This document shows, one piece after another, positions 6,830 through 17,704 of a DNA stretch of 42,140 nt. How positions within the stretch are numbered: position 1 is the first letter of the stretch; each line of letters opens with the position of its first letter. The translations under genes were made by a program, and so were the position numbers. The notes beneath the pieces were generated by a model that was given only the letters and a program-made list of their open reading frames with translations, was not told the origin of the DNA and made no database searches. The DNA comes from Rhodospirillales bacterium (GTDB lineage: Bacteria; Pseudomonadota; Alphaproteobacteria; Rhodospirillales; 2-02-FULL-58-16), in the NCBI GenBank assembly GCA_046756945.1, contig JBHHXI010000003.1, positions 1 through 42,140 of the forward strand, given 5' to 3'.

Positions 6830-8872
6830 CTACCAGATCCCGGAAGCGAAAACGGCCGCTACCACGGCCAGGGAGATGACGACGGACATCGCGGCCGCCG
6901 CCTTCTCACCGGTCCGCTCCGCCGCCGCCGCCCGCGCCGCGCCCTTGTCCGCGAGGTGCTTGATTTCGGCATCCGCCTCGATGAACCGGGCGCGGGCGGC
7001 GGCGTACCCCTTGGCGTCGCGCGTCAGTGCCTCGGCATCGTTGATGAGTTTGAAAATCCCGGGCAGGTTGCCCTTGCGGACCAGACGGGGGATGGCGCGC
7101 TCGATCTCGTCCCGGGCCGTGCGGCTGTGGTATATGTTGATGGCCGGCCCGAGATGACCACCCACCCAACTGGAAAGACCGCGAAGGGGGCCCAGCTTCA
7201 GGCCCCATTGCAGGAACGCCAGCAGGCTCAACATGCCGACGAGGGCCATTCCCTCTTCGGTGGCGGCGAGCGCCCGAAGGTGCGGCTCGGTGTCCTCGTC
7301 GAAGCGGGCCGCGATGAAGGCGGCGATATGGCGGTCCATGGGCCTGGCCTTGATTTTGCCGCGCGTCGCCTTGCGGTCCAGGCAGGGCAGCAGGTCCTCG
7401 ATGGCGACCACGTGGTCCCCGGTGACGAGCGGACTCTGACACGGCAGGCTGGGGTTGAGTTCGTAAAGGCAGCGTTCAATCCCATAGCCGGGCTCGTTGA
7501 TCTGCAGGAAACCCCGCAACTGGACCAGGGTCTTGGCAAGGCGCCGTATGTCCGGGCGTGCCTCCCGCTGGGCGGACAGCCAGAATCCGGGTAATTCGCG
7601 CGCCATCACCTCGGCGGCGATCTGGACGTCGCCTCCGCGCGTGAACTCGACCGCCAGTGCCGGGCCGTAGCCTCCGGGCAGAAAGGAGAACCCCTTGTAG
7701 CGGATAGGCGCCTGGGGATCGAGGAGCATGGCGACCTTGGCCACGACCACATCGTCGCTGCCCTGCCAATCGCCCTGGTGGGCCTTCGCCACGCCGACGG
7801 TCTCGGCGACCTCCTCTGCGCGTTTTACCTCTCTGAGGGCGCGGCGCAGCCACAGGCCGAGCTCGCCTCCTTTGAGCACCGTCGCAGCCTCGCTCACGTT
7901 CTGGGTCATCGCCCGCGCCAGGGTGCGCGCGGTGTGGTGTTCCTTGCCGGCAAACGGGAAACCGGTTTCCGATCTGGGCGGCAATTTCACCCGGGTCGGC
8001 GTCACGCCCCTGCCTTCGATCCACAGGTCCAGTTTCTCCCGGGTCCAGCGCTCGCCCGGATCGTCGTTTAGCGTGGCCCGCAAGGGCTCGACCAGGGCCA
8101 AGGGGATGTGCGTCTTGCCGCAATAGGCCGCGTGGCTGCCCCATTTGGTTCTGGCCGCGATCAGATCGTCCTCGCTGAGGTCTTCCACCGGGTTGCGCCC
8201 GAGCAGGAGGCACACGAGCGTCGCTCCCAAGGCGAAAAGGTCGTCGTCGACGTTGCCCTCGCCGCGTCCCCCGGGCGATGTCAAGGCCCGTTCGATGGTC
8301 TCGAACGCGGCGGGCTGGTGGAAGCCGGGCGGGGCGCTCACGCACTCGCCGAGGACCACTTCCGTTCGTTCCCCGTCCATGAAAAACAGGTTGTCGGGCC
8401 GGATGGACCCGTGGGTCATTCTGTGCCGCGCCAATTTGTTCACCGCCCTGGACAGGGGGTCGAAGACCAGGCGTGACAGGTCGCGTTCGTTGATCTGTCC
8501 GTCTTCCGCCGCCGCCGACAAGAGCAGTTTGCCGCCCTGTGGGCGTGCGTAGATCACCGCCATGCATCGCTGGCCCAGGGGTGGCCAGTACACGGTGCCC
8601 CACTCGAGGAGCGGCATCATGCCCGGGAAGGTGGCGCCCCTGAGGGCGGCCATCACCTTGCCGCGGGGCGGCAGGCCGGGCTGGCAGATGAGGGCGAACA
8701 CCTTGCGACCGGGATTTTTCCGATCCTCCGCCGCGTACGCCCCGGCGGATGGGGAATCCAGCTCACGGAGGGGGGAGAAGGGGTCGATCAGGTAGTGTTC
8801 CCGGAGCGTAACCGGGCCGCCGGACGGCTCTGCCGTGCCCGCGCTCTCCGCGTCGTTGGGCCACTCTGCCAT
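6830..8872 (-). CDS. Ser/Thr protein-kinase-fold protein, probable pseudokinase, with C-terminal TM anchor
   Basis: HGSIRPDNLFF (subdomain VIb), DDLFALGATL (IX), DPGERW (XI); ATG at 8872 with GAAAGG RBS; hydrophobic C-terminus. Confidence 0.82.
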   Translation of the reverse strand: MAEWPNDAESAGTAEPSGGPVTLREHYLIDPFSPLRELDSPSAGAYAAEDRKNPGRKVFALICQPGLPPRGKVMAALRGATFPGMMPLLEWGTVYWPPLGQRCMAVIYARPQGGKLLLSAAAEDGQINERDLSRLVFDPLSRAVNKLARHRMTHGSIRPDNLFFMDGERTEVVLGECVSAPPGFHQPAAFETIERALTSPGGRGEGNVDDDLFALGATLVCLLLGRNPVEDLSEDDLIAARTKWGSHAAYCGKTHIPLALVEPLRATLNDDPGERWTREKLDLWIEGRGVTPTRVKLPPRSETGFPFAGKEHHTARTLARAMTQNVSEAATVLKGGELGLWLRRALREVKRAEEVAETVGVAKAHQGDWQGSDDVVVAKVAMLLDPQAPIRYKGFSFLPGGYGPALAVEFTRGGDVQIAAEVMARELPGFWLSAQREARPDIRRLAKTLVQLRGFLQINEPGYGIERCLYELNPSLPCQSPLVTGDHVVAIEDLLPCLDRKATRGKIKARPMDRHIAAFIAARFDEDTEPHLRALAATEEGMALVGMLSLLAFLQWGLKLGPLRGLSSWVGGHLGPAINIYHSRTARDEIERAIPRLVRKGNLPGIFKLINDAEALTRDAKGYAAARARFIEADAEIKHLADKGAARAAAAERTGEKAAAAMSVVISLAVVAAVFASGIW

Positions 8873-9005
8873 TGCAGCCTTTCCCATTCGACATAGCGCA
8901 GTCCGACCGCCATGCACGCCGGGATGCTAGGCGTCAACGGTTGCCAAACTGTTAATATTTCACTCCGGCGTACCGCCGGGACCCCTTGATTCGCGGACCG
9001 TTCCG

Positions 9006-10298
<1,293 letters not shown>

Positions 10299-10304
10299 TG
10301 CGCT

Positions 10305-11483
10305 TCACCCCCCGCGTTTCTGTTCCAGGGCCCGGAGTTTTCCGTCCTCCAGCACATGACCGCAGTCCATGCGTTCGGCTTCCGCCGCCGCATCGGCGGC
10401 CGCCTCCATGGCCTCGACGGTGACCCAGCCTTCGGTGCGCAGCTTGCGCCCCTCCGCCGCGGGCGTGCCGGCGGGCAGCAACACGCGGCCGGGCGGCGCC
10501 GGCCTGGGCAGGGTGCGCAGCACCGTGTCCATGAACAGCGTAAGCCCGGTGGCGGGTTCGCCCCCGCCGTCGCCGCCGTTGGCAAGATAGCGCCCGCCGC
10601 TGCCCAGTTCGCCGCGCAGGTTCGGCGCGAACAGGGTAAACGTGACGCCCGTGTGATACTCGAAACCGCGGCTTTCCACCGGATCGACGGTCAGGTTCAG
10701 GTCCGGCGCCCCGGCCCGCACGCGCTCGACCACCGCGGCCAGGGTGGCCCGTTCCCGGGCCGCCTCCTCGGGCAGTGGCAGGCGGTTCAGGACCTCCAGG
10801 GTGTCCTCGGCCGGTCCGGCGGCGGCGAGCATGGCCAACAGGGTCTTCCCGGCGTCGGCGCCCAGCCGGTCCCCCATGGCGCCCACGTCGGCGGCGTCCT
10901 TGCGCTCCAGCGCCGTGCGCAGGCGCGCCGCCGATTCGCTGTCCAGGCCGAGGGCGGCGCAGACGGCGGGGACGAGGGTGGGCAGGCCGAGGTCCACCGA
11001 CATCTCGCCCACGCCCAGCGCGGCCAGCGCCTCGACGGCGATCAGGATGACCTCGGCGTCGGCGTTCGGAGTCGCCGCGCCGATGAGCTCGGCGCCCACC
11101 TGGCCGACCTGGCGCTCGGGCCTGAGCTGCGAGCCCCGCACCCTGAGGACCTGACCGGCGTAGCCGAGGCGCAGGGGCCGCGGCCTGTTCTTGAGCCGCG
11201 TCGCCGCGATGCGCGCCACCTGCAGGGTCATGTCCGGGCGCAGCCCCATCATGCGCTGGGAAACCGGGTCCATGAGGCGGAAGGTCTGATCGGCCATGGC
11301 GGCGCCGCTGCCGGCGAGCAGGCTTCGCTCGAACTCGATCAGGGGCGGTTTCACGCGCTCATAGCCGTGGCCGGCGAACGACGCCATGAGCCGCTCCACC
11401 ACATCCGCCTCGAAGGCGGCGTCCGGCGGCAGCACGTCGCACATTCCGGCGGGCAACAGGGCCTTGTCGGCGGGATCGCTCAT
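10305..11483 (-). CDS. hisZ: ATP phosphoribosyltransferase regulatory subunit
   Basis: LLPAGMCDVLP, LRPDMTLQVARIA, QVGAELIG, FEYHTG, GGRY; adjacent to purA; start may be 11501. Confidence 0.92.
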   Translation of the reverse strand: MSDPADKALLPAGMCDVLPPDAAFEADVVERLMASFAGHGYERVKPPLIEFERSLLAGSGAAMADQTFRLMDPVSQRMMGLRPDMTLQVARIAATRLKNRPRPLRLGYAGQVLRVRGSQLRPERQVGQVGAELIGAATPNADAEVILIAVEALAALGVGEMSVDLGLPTLVPAVCAALGLDSESAARLRTALERKDAADVGAMGDRLGADAGKTLLAMLAAAGPAEDTLEVLNRLPLPEEAARERATLAAVVERVRAGAPDLNLTVDPVESRGFEYHTGVTFTLFAPNLRGELGSGGRYLANGGDGGGEPATGLTLFMDTVLRTLPRPAPPGRVLLPAGTPAAEGRKLRTEGWVTVEAMEAAADAAAEAERMDCGHVLEDGKLRALEQKRGG

Positions 11484-11685
11484 GGGCAAAATTTCATCCA
11501 TGGTGGCAGGGGGGACCGGTCCCCCGCGCCGAAACGGGCCCAGCCGCCGCCTGTGGTGCCGGGCGCGGAGCCAGTCCGGTTACTACCCGGAATCGGTGCG
11601 AACGGCAACGCTTTCCGCCCCTTGCGGGTTCTGCCGGCGGTCTCGGGAGGAAAGGGTTGGGACCGGGGTGGAAACCGGCGCCCCC

Positions 11686-12333
11686 TCAGCGCAGGGTGAA
11701 GGCCTGTCTCTTCACGGTGAGGCCGATACCGGCCACCATCACCGGGACCATGGCCTTGGTCAGGGTGAAGCCGTCCGACCCGCCCACGGCGGCGGTGGTC
11801 CACGCCTGCCACAGGCGCTTGCCGTCGGTGCGGTCGTCGATGGTGGCGTCCAGGCGATAGGTGCTGGGCGTCGTGATCTGGGTGCCGGTCCGGCCCTCGT
11901 TGAACACGGCGCCCCGCTGGCTGTCATAGAGGTTGAGGCGGACCTTGGGGACCTCCTGCCCGCCCGGGCTTTGGTTGTTTTGCAACTCAACAAGCCGACG
12001 CCGTCCGCCGTCCGACCACGCGCCCAACTGGCCGCGGGTCTCGAACGTCAGAATCAGGTTCGCATCCTTGGAAATGGTGTAGCCCCCGGCCCTCAACTCG
12101 CGTTCGAACACCTGCTGCAGAACCTGGTTTTCGTCGGAGTTGTCGAGGGGACGGACGGCGATGGACGCACCGCGCGGCAGCGCCCTGTAGGCGACGGCAT
12201 TGAGCACGCCGTCGCCGGCGCTTTCCCGACCGGCGCCGGGATCGCCCGCACCCTGGGCATGGGCATCCCCTACGGTGCCTAGCAGAACGATCCCCATGCC
12301 CAAACAGGCAAGGACAAATCCCGAAAGCCTCAT
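11686..12333 (-). CDS. Exported hypothetical protein (DUF4136-like)
   Basis: GGAAGGA RBS, signal peptide ending AHA, ELRAGGY and LDATIDD...LWQA patterns. Confidence 0.7.
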   Translation of the reverse strand: MRLSGFVLACLGMGIVLLGTVGDAHAQGAGDPGAGRESAGDGVLNAVAYRALPRGASIAVRPLDNSDENQVLQQVFERELRAGGYTISKDANLILTFETRGQLGAWSDGGRRRLVELQNNQSPGGQEVPKVRLNLYDSQRGAVFNEGRTGTQITTPSTYRLDATIDDRTDGKRLWQAWTTAAVGGSDGFTLTKAMVPVMVAGIGLTVKRQAFTLR

Positions 12334-12773
12334 CGTTTTAATCCTTCCGGCCTTAATTTCCGACACGCCGCCGGGGGCGTGTCCGCGCCTTCAGCGCCGC
12401 CGCAAAAGGCTGGGGGAGAACGTGCGCGGCGCGGCCGTCCCTGTCAACCAATGGCCGCATGCCGGGGTGACACAAATCCGTGAACGGTCCTGAATCCGAG
12501 GCGATGTCTGTCACCTGAAATGTATCACGCCGGCGCCGGTGCCGCCACGCCTTTTCCCGGTTTTCGGGACGCTATTTTTCGCCGGGCCGGTCCCCCCGCC
12601 ATGCCGTGGCGCCCGGTTTCCGTGCCACCGCAAAGCCGGCGACGCGGACCGCCGGAACCGCGCCGAAAAAAAACACAAAGACCATCGCAGGGATGAAAGA
12701 TGAAAGGAGTCCGCGCCACGACCGTCATGCCTTCGATGGCGTCTTCCGCCGCTCCGTCCCCGGGAGGCCCACG

Positions 12774-14768
12774 TCACTCCAGGCGGACCGTCAACGGCCC
12801 CGTCCCGGCCGGCCACATGCCGTGGTCTACGGCCCTCCGTCCCTGAAAGACCAGATACCCCTTGGTGCCATAGTGGGCCAGGGGGCGAAGAAGCGCCTCC
12901 AGGGCCGGGGCATCGTCGGCGGCCACCACCACCAGCGGCCGGGCGTCGCCGTGCCGGCCCGCCCACACCCGCGCCGTGCCGCGCCCGGCGAGCCCGTCGG
13001 GCACGCCCGCCAGCCCCGCCCGTTTCAGGAAAGCGCTGACCCGCGCCGTGGTGCCGACGAGCAGCACCGGCCTGGCGGGAAGGCGGGCCGGCGCCACGTC
13101 CTGGAGCCGGGGCGGTGAATCCAATATGCGTTCGGCCAGCCTGCGGGCCGCCGTCCGCGCCCGCCCGGGGCCGGCCAGGACGACGGTGACCGTCGCCGCG
13201 CCCAGGGTGACGTCGCGCAGGATGGGCGGCGCCTCGGCCGGGTCAAGACGGCGGAAGATATCGAAGTCCGGGTCCACGGCCAGCGCGACGGGGCGGGCTC
13301 CGGTGGTGAGCTCGTGGCGGGTTTCCCGGCCTTCCAGGGCGACCGTGAAGCGGCGCTCCCCGGCGGCCGTGGTCACCGCCACCGGTACCTCGAGGGCGTA
13401 AGGCAAACCCTCCTGGGAGAGGGTGAAGGCGATGCGGAAGCGCCCTCCCGTCTTCTTTACCGTCACCGGGCCCAGCGTCAGCCGGGGGGCGCCGGCGCGG
13501 CGCAGCCACTGATCGAAGAATCCGCTCAAGTCCCGTCCGGAGGCCTTCTCGAAGGCCTGGCGCAGGTCCGTCCATCCGGCGGTGCGTCCCTTGTGTCGTG
13601 TCCAGAACCGGCGGATGGCGGTGTCGAACGCCGGCGCGCCGAGCTGGTTGCGTAACATGTGGAAGACGAACGCCACCTTGCCGTAGCCGACGACCTGGGC
13701 GGCATCGTGCACCTTGGCGGAAAAGTCCACCGCCGGCCGGTCACGCGCCGCCGGCAGGGCGGCGTAGGCGCGCAGCCACCCCAATCGCATCCCGCGCGCT
13801 TCCTTGGCGTCCCGTTTTTCAGCGTAGGCGTAATCGGCCATGAAGGTGGTCAGGCCCTCGGCCCAATTCCCCGCCTCGTAGTCGACGAAGACGCCGTTGC
13901 CCCACCAGGTGTGCAGCACCTCGTGGCCGAGGGAGCGCTGGCGGACGAACGGCAGGCGCAGAACCCGGGCGCCGATGTAGGTCAGGCCCGGGTACCCCTG
14001 TCCCACCGGCAGCGGGCTGGAGACGATGTAGAACGTGGACAACGGGTAGGCGCCGATCCACTCGCCATAGAGGTCGATGTAGCCGGCCGCGAGGTCCAGG
14101 TAGGTCGCCGCCAGCGAGGCGATCCGGGGGTGGAAGTACGTGCGCAACCGGATGTCGCCGTGATCGCGTTCCTCGACGGCGTATGGCCCGGCCATCAGCA
14201 CCAACCCCGGGGACGGGACCTCGCTGGCGAAGACGGCGCGGTAGCGTTCCCCGGAGACCGTTTCCTCCACCAGGCGGCCGGGGACCACCACCCTTTGCCG
14301 CCGGGGCACGTCCACCGCGATGCGGTAGGTGAAATCCGCGCCGGCGAGCCGGGGGTACCAGCCGCCCGATTCCGGCAGGAAGCTGCCATCGGGCGCCGCC
14401 ACCGGCCGGTGAAAGCCGGGGCGGCGCGGCCGTGCGTCGGTTCGCCCCAGGCGGCCGGCGTATTCGAAAACCACCGCGTGTTCCCCGGCGGTGCCCAGGT
14501 CGACGCGCCATGCGCCGTCGTGGCGCGCGGGGACGGCGCTTTTCCCGTCCACGCTCAACGCGCTCACCCGGAAGCCTGGGGCCAGATGGAAGGCGACCGT
14601 TCCGCGGCCGCGCACGCGTAGGCGATCCGTGACCGCGAGGCTTCGGTCCGCCGGGTCGAGGCGCACCTCCATGTCGTGGTGCAGCCCCGGCCCGCCGCCG
14701 TGGGCCGGCCCCGTCCCGGCCGCCGCCCAGGCCAGCACAAGCACGACCGCGCCCGTGACGCGATTCAT
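12774..14768 (-). CDS. Exported M1-family (gluzincin) metallopeptidase
   Basis: Signal peptide; HEVLHTWWGN...NWAEG Zn motif; YGK catalytic Tyr region; ATG at 14768 overlaps the upstream TGA. Confidence 0.88.
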   Translation of the reverse strand: MNRVTGAVVLVLAWAAAGTGPAHGGGPGLHHDMEVRLDPADRSLAVTDRLRVRGRGTVAFHLAPGFRVSALSVDGKSAVPARHDGAWRVDLGTAGEHAVVFEYAGRLGRTDARPRRPGFHRPVAAPDGSFLPESGGWYPRLAGADFTYRIAVDVPRRQRVVVPGRLVEETVSGERYRAVFASEVPSPGLVLMAGPYAVEERDHGDIRLRTYFHPRIASLAATYLDLAAGYIDLYGEWIGAYPLSTFYIVSSPLPVGQGYPGLTYIGARVLRLPFVRQRSLGHEVLHTWWGNGVFVDYEAGNWAEGLTTFMADYAYAEKRDAKEARGMRLGWLRAYAALPAARDRPAVDFSAKVHDAAQVVGYGKVAFVFHMLRNQLGAPAFDTAIRRFWTRHKGRTAGWTDLRQAFEKASGRDLSGFFDQWLRRAGAPRLTLGPVTVKKTGGRFRIAFTLSQEGLPYALEVPVAVTTAAGERRFTVALEGRETRHELTTGARPVALAVDPDFDIFRRLDPAEAPPILRDVTLGAATVTVVLAGPGRARTAARRLAERILDSPPRLQDVAPARLPARPVLLVGTTARVSAFLKRAGLAGVPDGLAGRGTARVWAGRHGDARPLVVVAADDAPALEALLRPLAHYGTKGYLVFQGRRAVDHGMWPAGTGPLTVRLE

Positions 14769-15952
14769 GGTGTGGGCGGGAACCTGGCGACGATGTCCAC
14801 GGTCTCGGCGCCGCGCATGACGCGCAGGGGCAGCCAGGTACCGGGCGCCTGGCGGCGGACGATGGCGATGAGGTCGCTGGTCCTGTAGACGGCCACGCCC
14901 GCCGCCTCGCGGATCAGGTCGTCGGGGGCCAGGCCGGCGGCCTCGGCAACGCTTCCCTCGGTTACCTTCTTCACGCGCACGCCGCCGTCCCCGTCGCCGA
15001 TGAGGACACCGAGCTTGGGCCTTTGCGGGGCGGCCGGGTCGGCGTGTGCGGCGAGGCCGAAGACGGCATCGGCGACGGCCGGTCCCCCCTGCCGCGCCAG
15101 CTCCGAACACGCCCGCCCGGCATCCCAGGGCGTCAGCACGGCGGTGCCGGTGACGCCCAGGTCCGCAAGTTGACGGGGAATGCCCCAGCCGTATTCCGTG
15201 TGGCCAAGGCCGACGATGCCCACCACCAGCGGCCGGCCGCCGCCGCGCCGCGCCGCGGCCAGGGCCTGGGCCATGGCCCTGTCCCAGGTGATCTGGGCCT
15301 GGACGAAGTGGCGGAACGCGGGGTCGTCCCTGTCGGGCAATTCTTTTTTCGCGTCGTCATGGTCCCGGTACACCCGGGCCAGAAAGTCCAGGTATGGGTC
15401 GGAGGCCGGCACCGGGTCGTCCACCCCCTGGCGCGCGTCCACCGGCACCGCCGGCCACCCTTCCTTGCTGATACGCTTGATCAGCGCCCGGTCCACGTTC
15501 AGGGCGATCATGGGGATGCGGTGCAGACGGGCAAACTGGAACAGCCCCATGTAGAGGCCGGCGTCGATCCGCCAGACCTCGTCCCACCGGGATTCCTCGA
15601 GGAACCGTTCCTCGCTCAGGTCTCCCCGGGTCCAGGCGTCCAGCGCCGGCTGGACGCTGCGGGGGAAGGACTCGAAGCCGAGCACCATGTTGGGGTTCCG
15701 CCCGTGCAGGGCGGCGATGGTGTGAAGCTGCCAGCGGTGGTGCTCGGCGCTGGTGTGCACTTCGCCGAGGAGGACCACCGGACGCTTCGCCATCCCGGCG
15801 ATCAGGTCCGCGTGGCCGATCGATCTGTTGCGCGCCGTGCCCAGCCACTGGCCCGGCGGCACGCAGACCTCCGCCGCCGTCCCCGCGGCGGGGGTGGCGG
15901 CAACGGTGGCCGCCAGGACCGGCCCGACAAGGGGCGCAAGCCATTTACCCAT
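14765..15952 (-). CDS. ChaN/PhuW-family (EreA-like) exported protein with C-terminal PDZ domain
   Basis: VVLLGEVH...HHRWQ, LGFESF, AQITWDRAMA, GLGHTEYG; then LGVLI...GSVAEAAGLAPDDLI PDZ; signal peptide. Confidence 0.87.
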   Translation of the reverse strand: MGKWLAPLVGPVLAATVAATPAAGTAAEVCVPPGQWLGTARNRSIGHADLIAGMAKRPVVLLGEVHTSAEHHRWQLHTIAALHGRNPNMVLGFESFPRSVQPALDAWTRGDLSEERFLEESRWDEVWRIDAGLYMGLFQFARLHRIPMIALNVDRALIKRISKEGWPAVPVDARQGVDDPVPASDPYLDFLARVYRDHDDAKKELPDRDDPAFRHFVQAQITWDRAMAQALAAARRGGGRPLVVGIVGLGHTEYGWGIPRQLADLGVTGTAVLTPWDAGRACSELARQGGPAVADAVFGLAAHADPAAPQRPKLGVLIGDGDGGVRVKKVTEGSVAEAAGLAPDDLIREAAGVAVYRTSDLIAIVRRQAPGTWLPLRVMRGAETVDIVARFPPTP

Positions 15953-16151
15953 CCGTCTCTCGCTTGGTCGTTCCGGGGCAGGGGCGGATGCCAAGGATGC
16001 CCGAGAATCATCGCCGACAAAAGCGCCAAAGGCCGTGGTGCTCCCTTGCGCGCCGTATCGCCGCGCCCAACCCGATTGACAGGGCCCGGCGCAGCCGCTA
16101 CCCAGCGTCAGCCGCCATGCGGCAGTCCCGTCCGCCAAACCGTGTGAGGCC

Positions 16152-17702
16152 ATGACATCGAAGGGCGCCATCGCCGCCGGACACCTGGAGACGGCGCGCG
16201 CCGCGGCGGCCATCCTGGCCGAAGGCGGAAACGCCTTCGATGCGGCCCTGGCCGGCATGTGCGCGGCGTGCGTGGCGGAGCCGGTGCTGACCTCCCTCGC
16301 CGGCGGCGGCTTCCTGCTCGCCCGCCGCGGCGGCGGCGACGCCGTCCTCTACGATTTTTTCGCCCAGACGCCGAAGGTCCGCAGAGCGGAGGCCGAGGTC
16401 GATTTCTTCCCCATTCTCGCCGACTTCGGCACCGCCCAGCAGGAATTCCACATCGGCATGGGGTCCATCGCCACGCCGGGCACGGTGAAGGGCCTGTTCC
16501 GGGTGCACCGGGACCTCGGCTCCATGCCCATGGCGCGCATCGTCGAGCCGGCGGCGGCCCTGGCCCGGGACGGGTTCCGGGTCGATCGCCTGCTCGCCTA
16601 CATTTTCCGGATCGTCGGCAAGATCTACGGCAGCAACGCCGCCTGCCGCGCCGTGTTCGGCAGCCGCGTGAACCCCGGCGAACTGATGGGCGAGGGAGAG
16701 GTGTTCACCCTGCCCGCCTTCGCCGACACCCTGGAAGCCCTGGCCCGCGACGGCGAGGACCTGTTCTACCGCGGCGATATCGCGCGCACGCTGATCGAAG
16801 ACTGCCGTACGTCCGGCGGCACCCTTAGCGGCGCCGATCTGGAGGGCTACGAGGTGGCGTTGCGGACGCCGCTGGAGCTGGCCCATGGGAGCGCCCGGCT
16901 GTTCACCAACCCGCCGCCGTCGACCGGCGGCATCCTCATCGCCTTTGCGCTGGAGCTGCTCAAGGACGCGGACCTGGCCGCCGCCGGTTTCGGGTCGGCG
17001 GCGCACCTGGAACGGCTGGCCCGGTCCATGGCGCTGACCAACAAGGCGCGGATCGAAAGCCGCCTGCACGAATCGGACGCGCCCGAGTCCCTGCTGGACC
17101 CCGCCTTCCTGGACGCCTACCGCCGCCAGATCCTGGGACGCCCGGCGGCGCGGCGCGGCACCACCCACATCAGCGTCATCGACGCCGAAGGAAACACCGC
17201 CAGCCTGTCGGTCTCCAACGGCGAAGGGTCGGGTTACCTGATCCCCGGCACCGGCATCATGGTCAACAACCTGCTCGGCGAAGACGATATCAACCCCCAC
17301 GGCTTCCACCGGTGGCCTGTCGACGAGCGCATGTGCTCCATGATGGCGCCGAGCGTGGTGGTGGAGGCGGACGGCGCCACGGCGGCCCTGGGCTCGGGCG
17401 GATCCAACCGCATCCGCACGGCCATCCTGCAGGTGGTCCTCAACCTGCTGGAGTTCGGCATGTCCATCGAGGACGCCGTGGCACGCCCGAGAATCCACTT
17501 CGAGAACGATCTGCTCAGCATCGAGGACGGCTTCGATGCGGACGAGCTCGCCGCGCTCGTGAAGATCTTCCCCGACAGCGAAGTGTGGGAGGAAAGAAAC
17601 CTTTTCTTCGGCGGTGTGCATTCGGTGCGCTTCGACGCCGGCGCCGGGCGGTTCGACGGCGCCGGGGACCCGCGCCGGGGCGGCGTCGCGCTGATCGTCT
17701 AG
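16152..17702 (+). CDS. ggt: Gamma-glutamyltransferase family protein (no signal peptide)
   Basis: GGNAFDAA, TPGTVKG, FYRGDIA, nucleophile in TTHISVID, GSGGSNRI, DPRRGG. Confidence 0.92.
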   Translation: MTSKGAIAAGHLETARAAAAILAEGGNAFDAALAGMCAACVAEPVLTSLAGGGFLLARRGGGDAVLYDFFAQTPKVRRAEAEVDFFPILADFGTAQQEFHIGMGSIATPGTVKGLFRVHRDLGSMPMARIVEPAAALARDGFRVDRLLAYIFRIVGKIYGSNAACRAVFGSRVNPGELMGEGEVFTLPAFADTLEALARDGEDLFYRGDIARTLIEDCRTSGGTLSGADLEGYEVALRTPLELAHGSARLFTNPPPSTGGILIAFALELLKDADLAAAGFGSAAHLERLARSMALTNKARIESRLHESDAPESLLDPAFLDAYRRQILGRPAARRGTTHISVIDAEGNTASLSVSNGEGSGYLIPGTGIMVNNLLGEDDINPHGFHRWPVDERMCSMMAPSVVVEADGATAALGSGGSNRIRTAILQVVLNLLEFGMSIEDAVARPRIHFENDLLSIEDGFDADELAALVKIFPDSEVWEERNLFFGGVHSVRFDAGAGRFDGAGDPRRGGVALIV

Positions 17703-17704
17703 GA

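Noticed and set aside
12500-12529. Two degenerate CRP-like sites (GGCGA-N6-TCACC, CCTGA-N6-TCACG)
   Set aside because: Only 7/10 matches each; cannot be separated from chance without a PWM
12525-12728. 67-aa minus-strand ORF or leader peptide in the 400-nt gap after the M1 peptidase
   Set aside because: No convincing RBS, no regulatory codon run, and no attenuator or biosynthetic gene downstream
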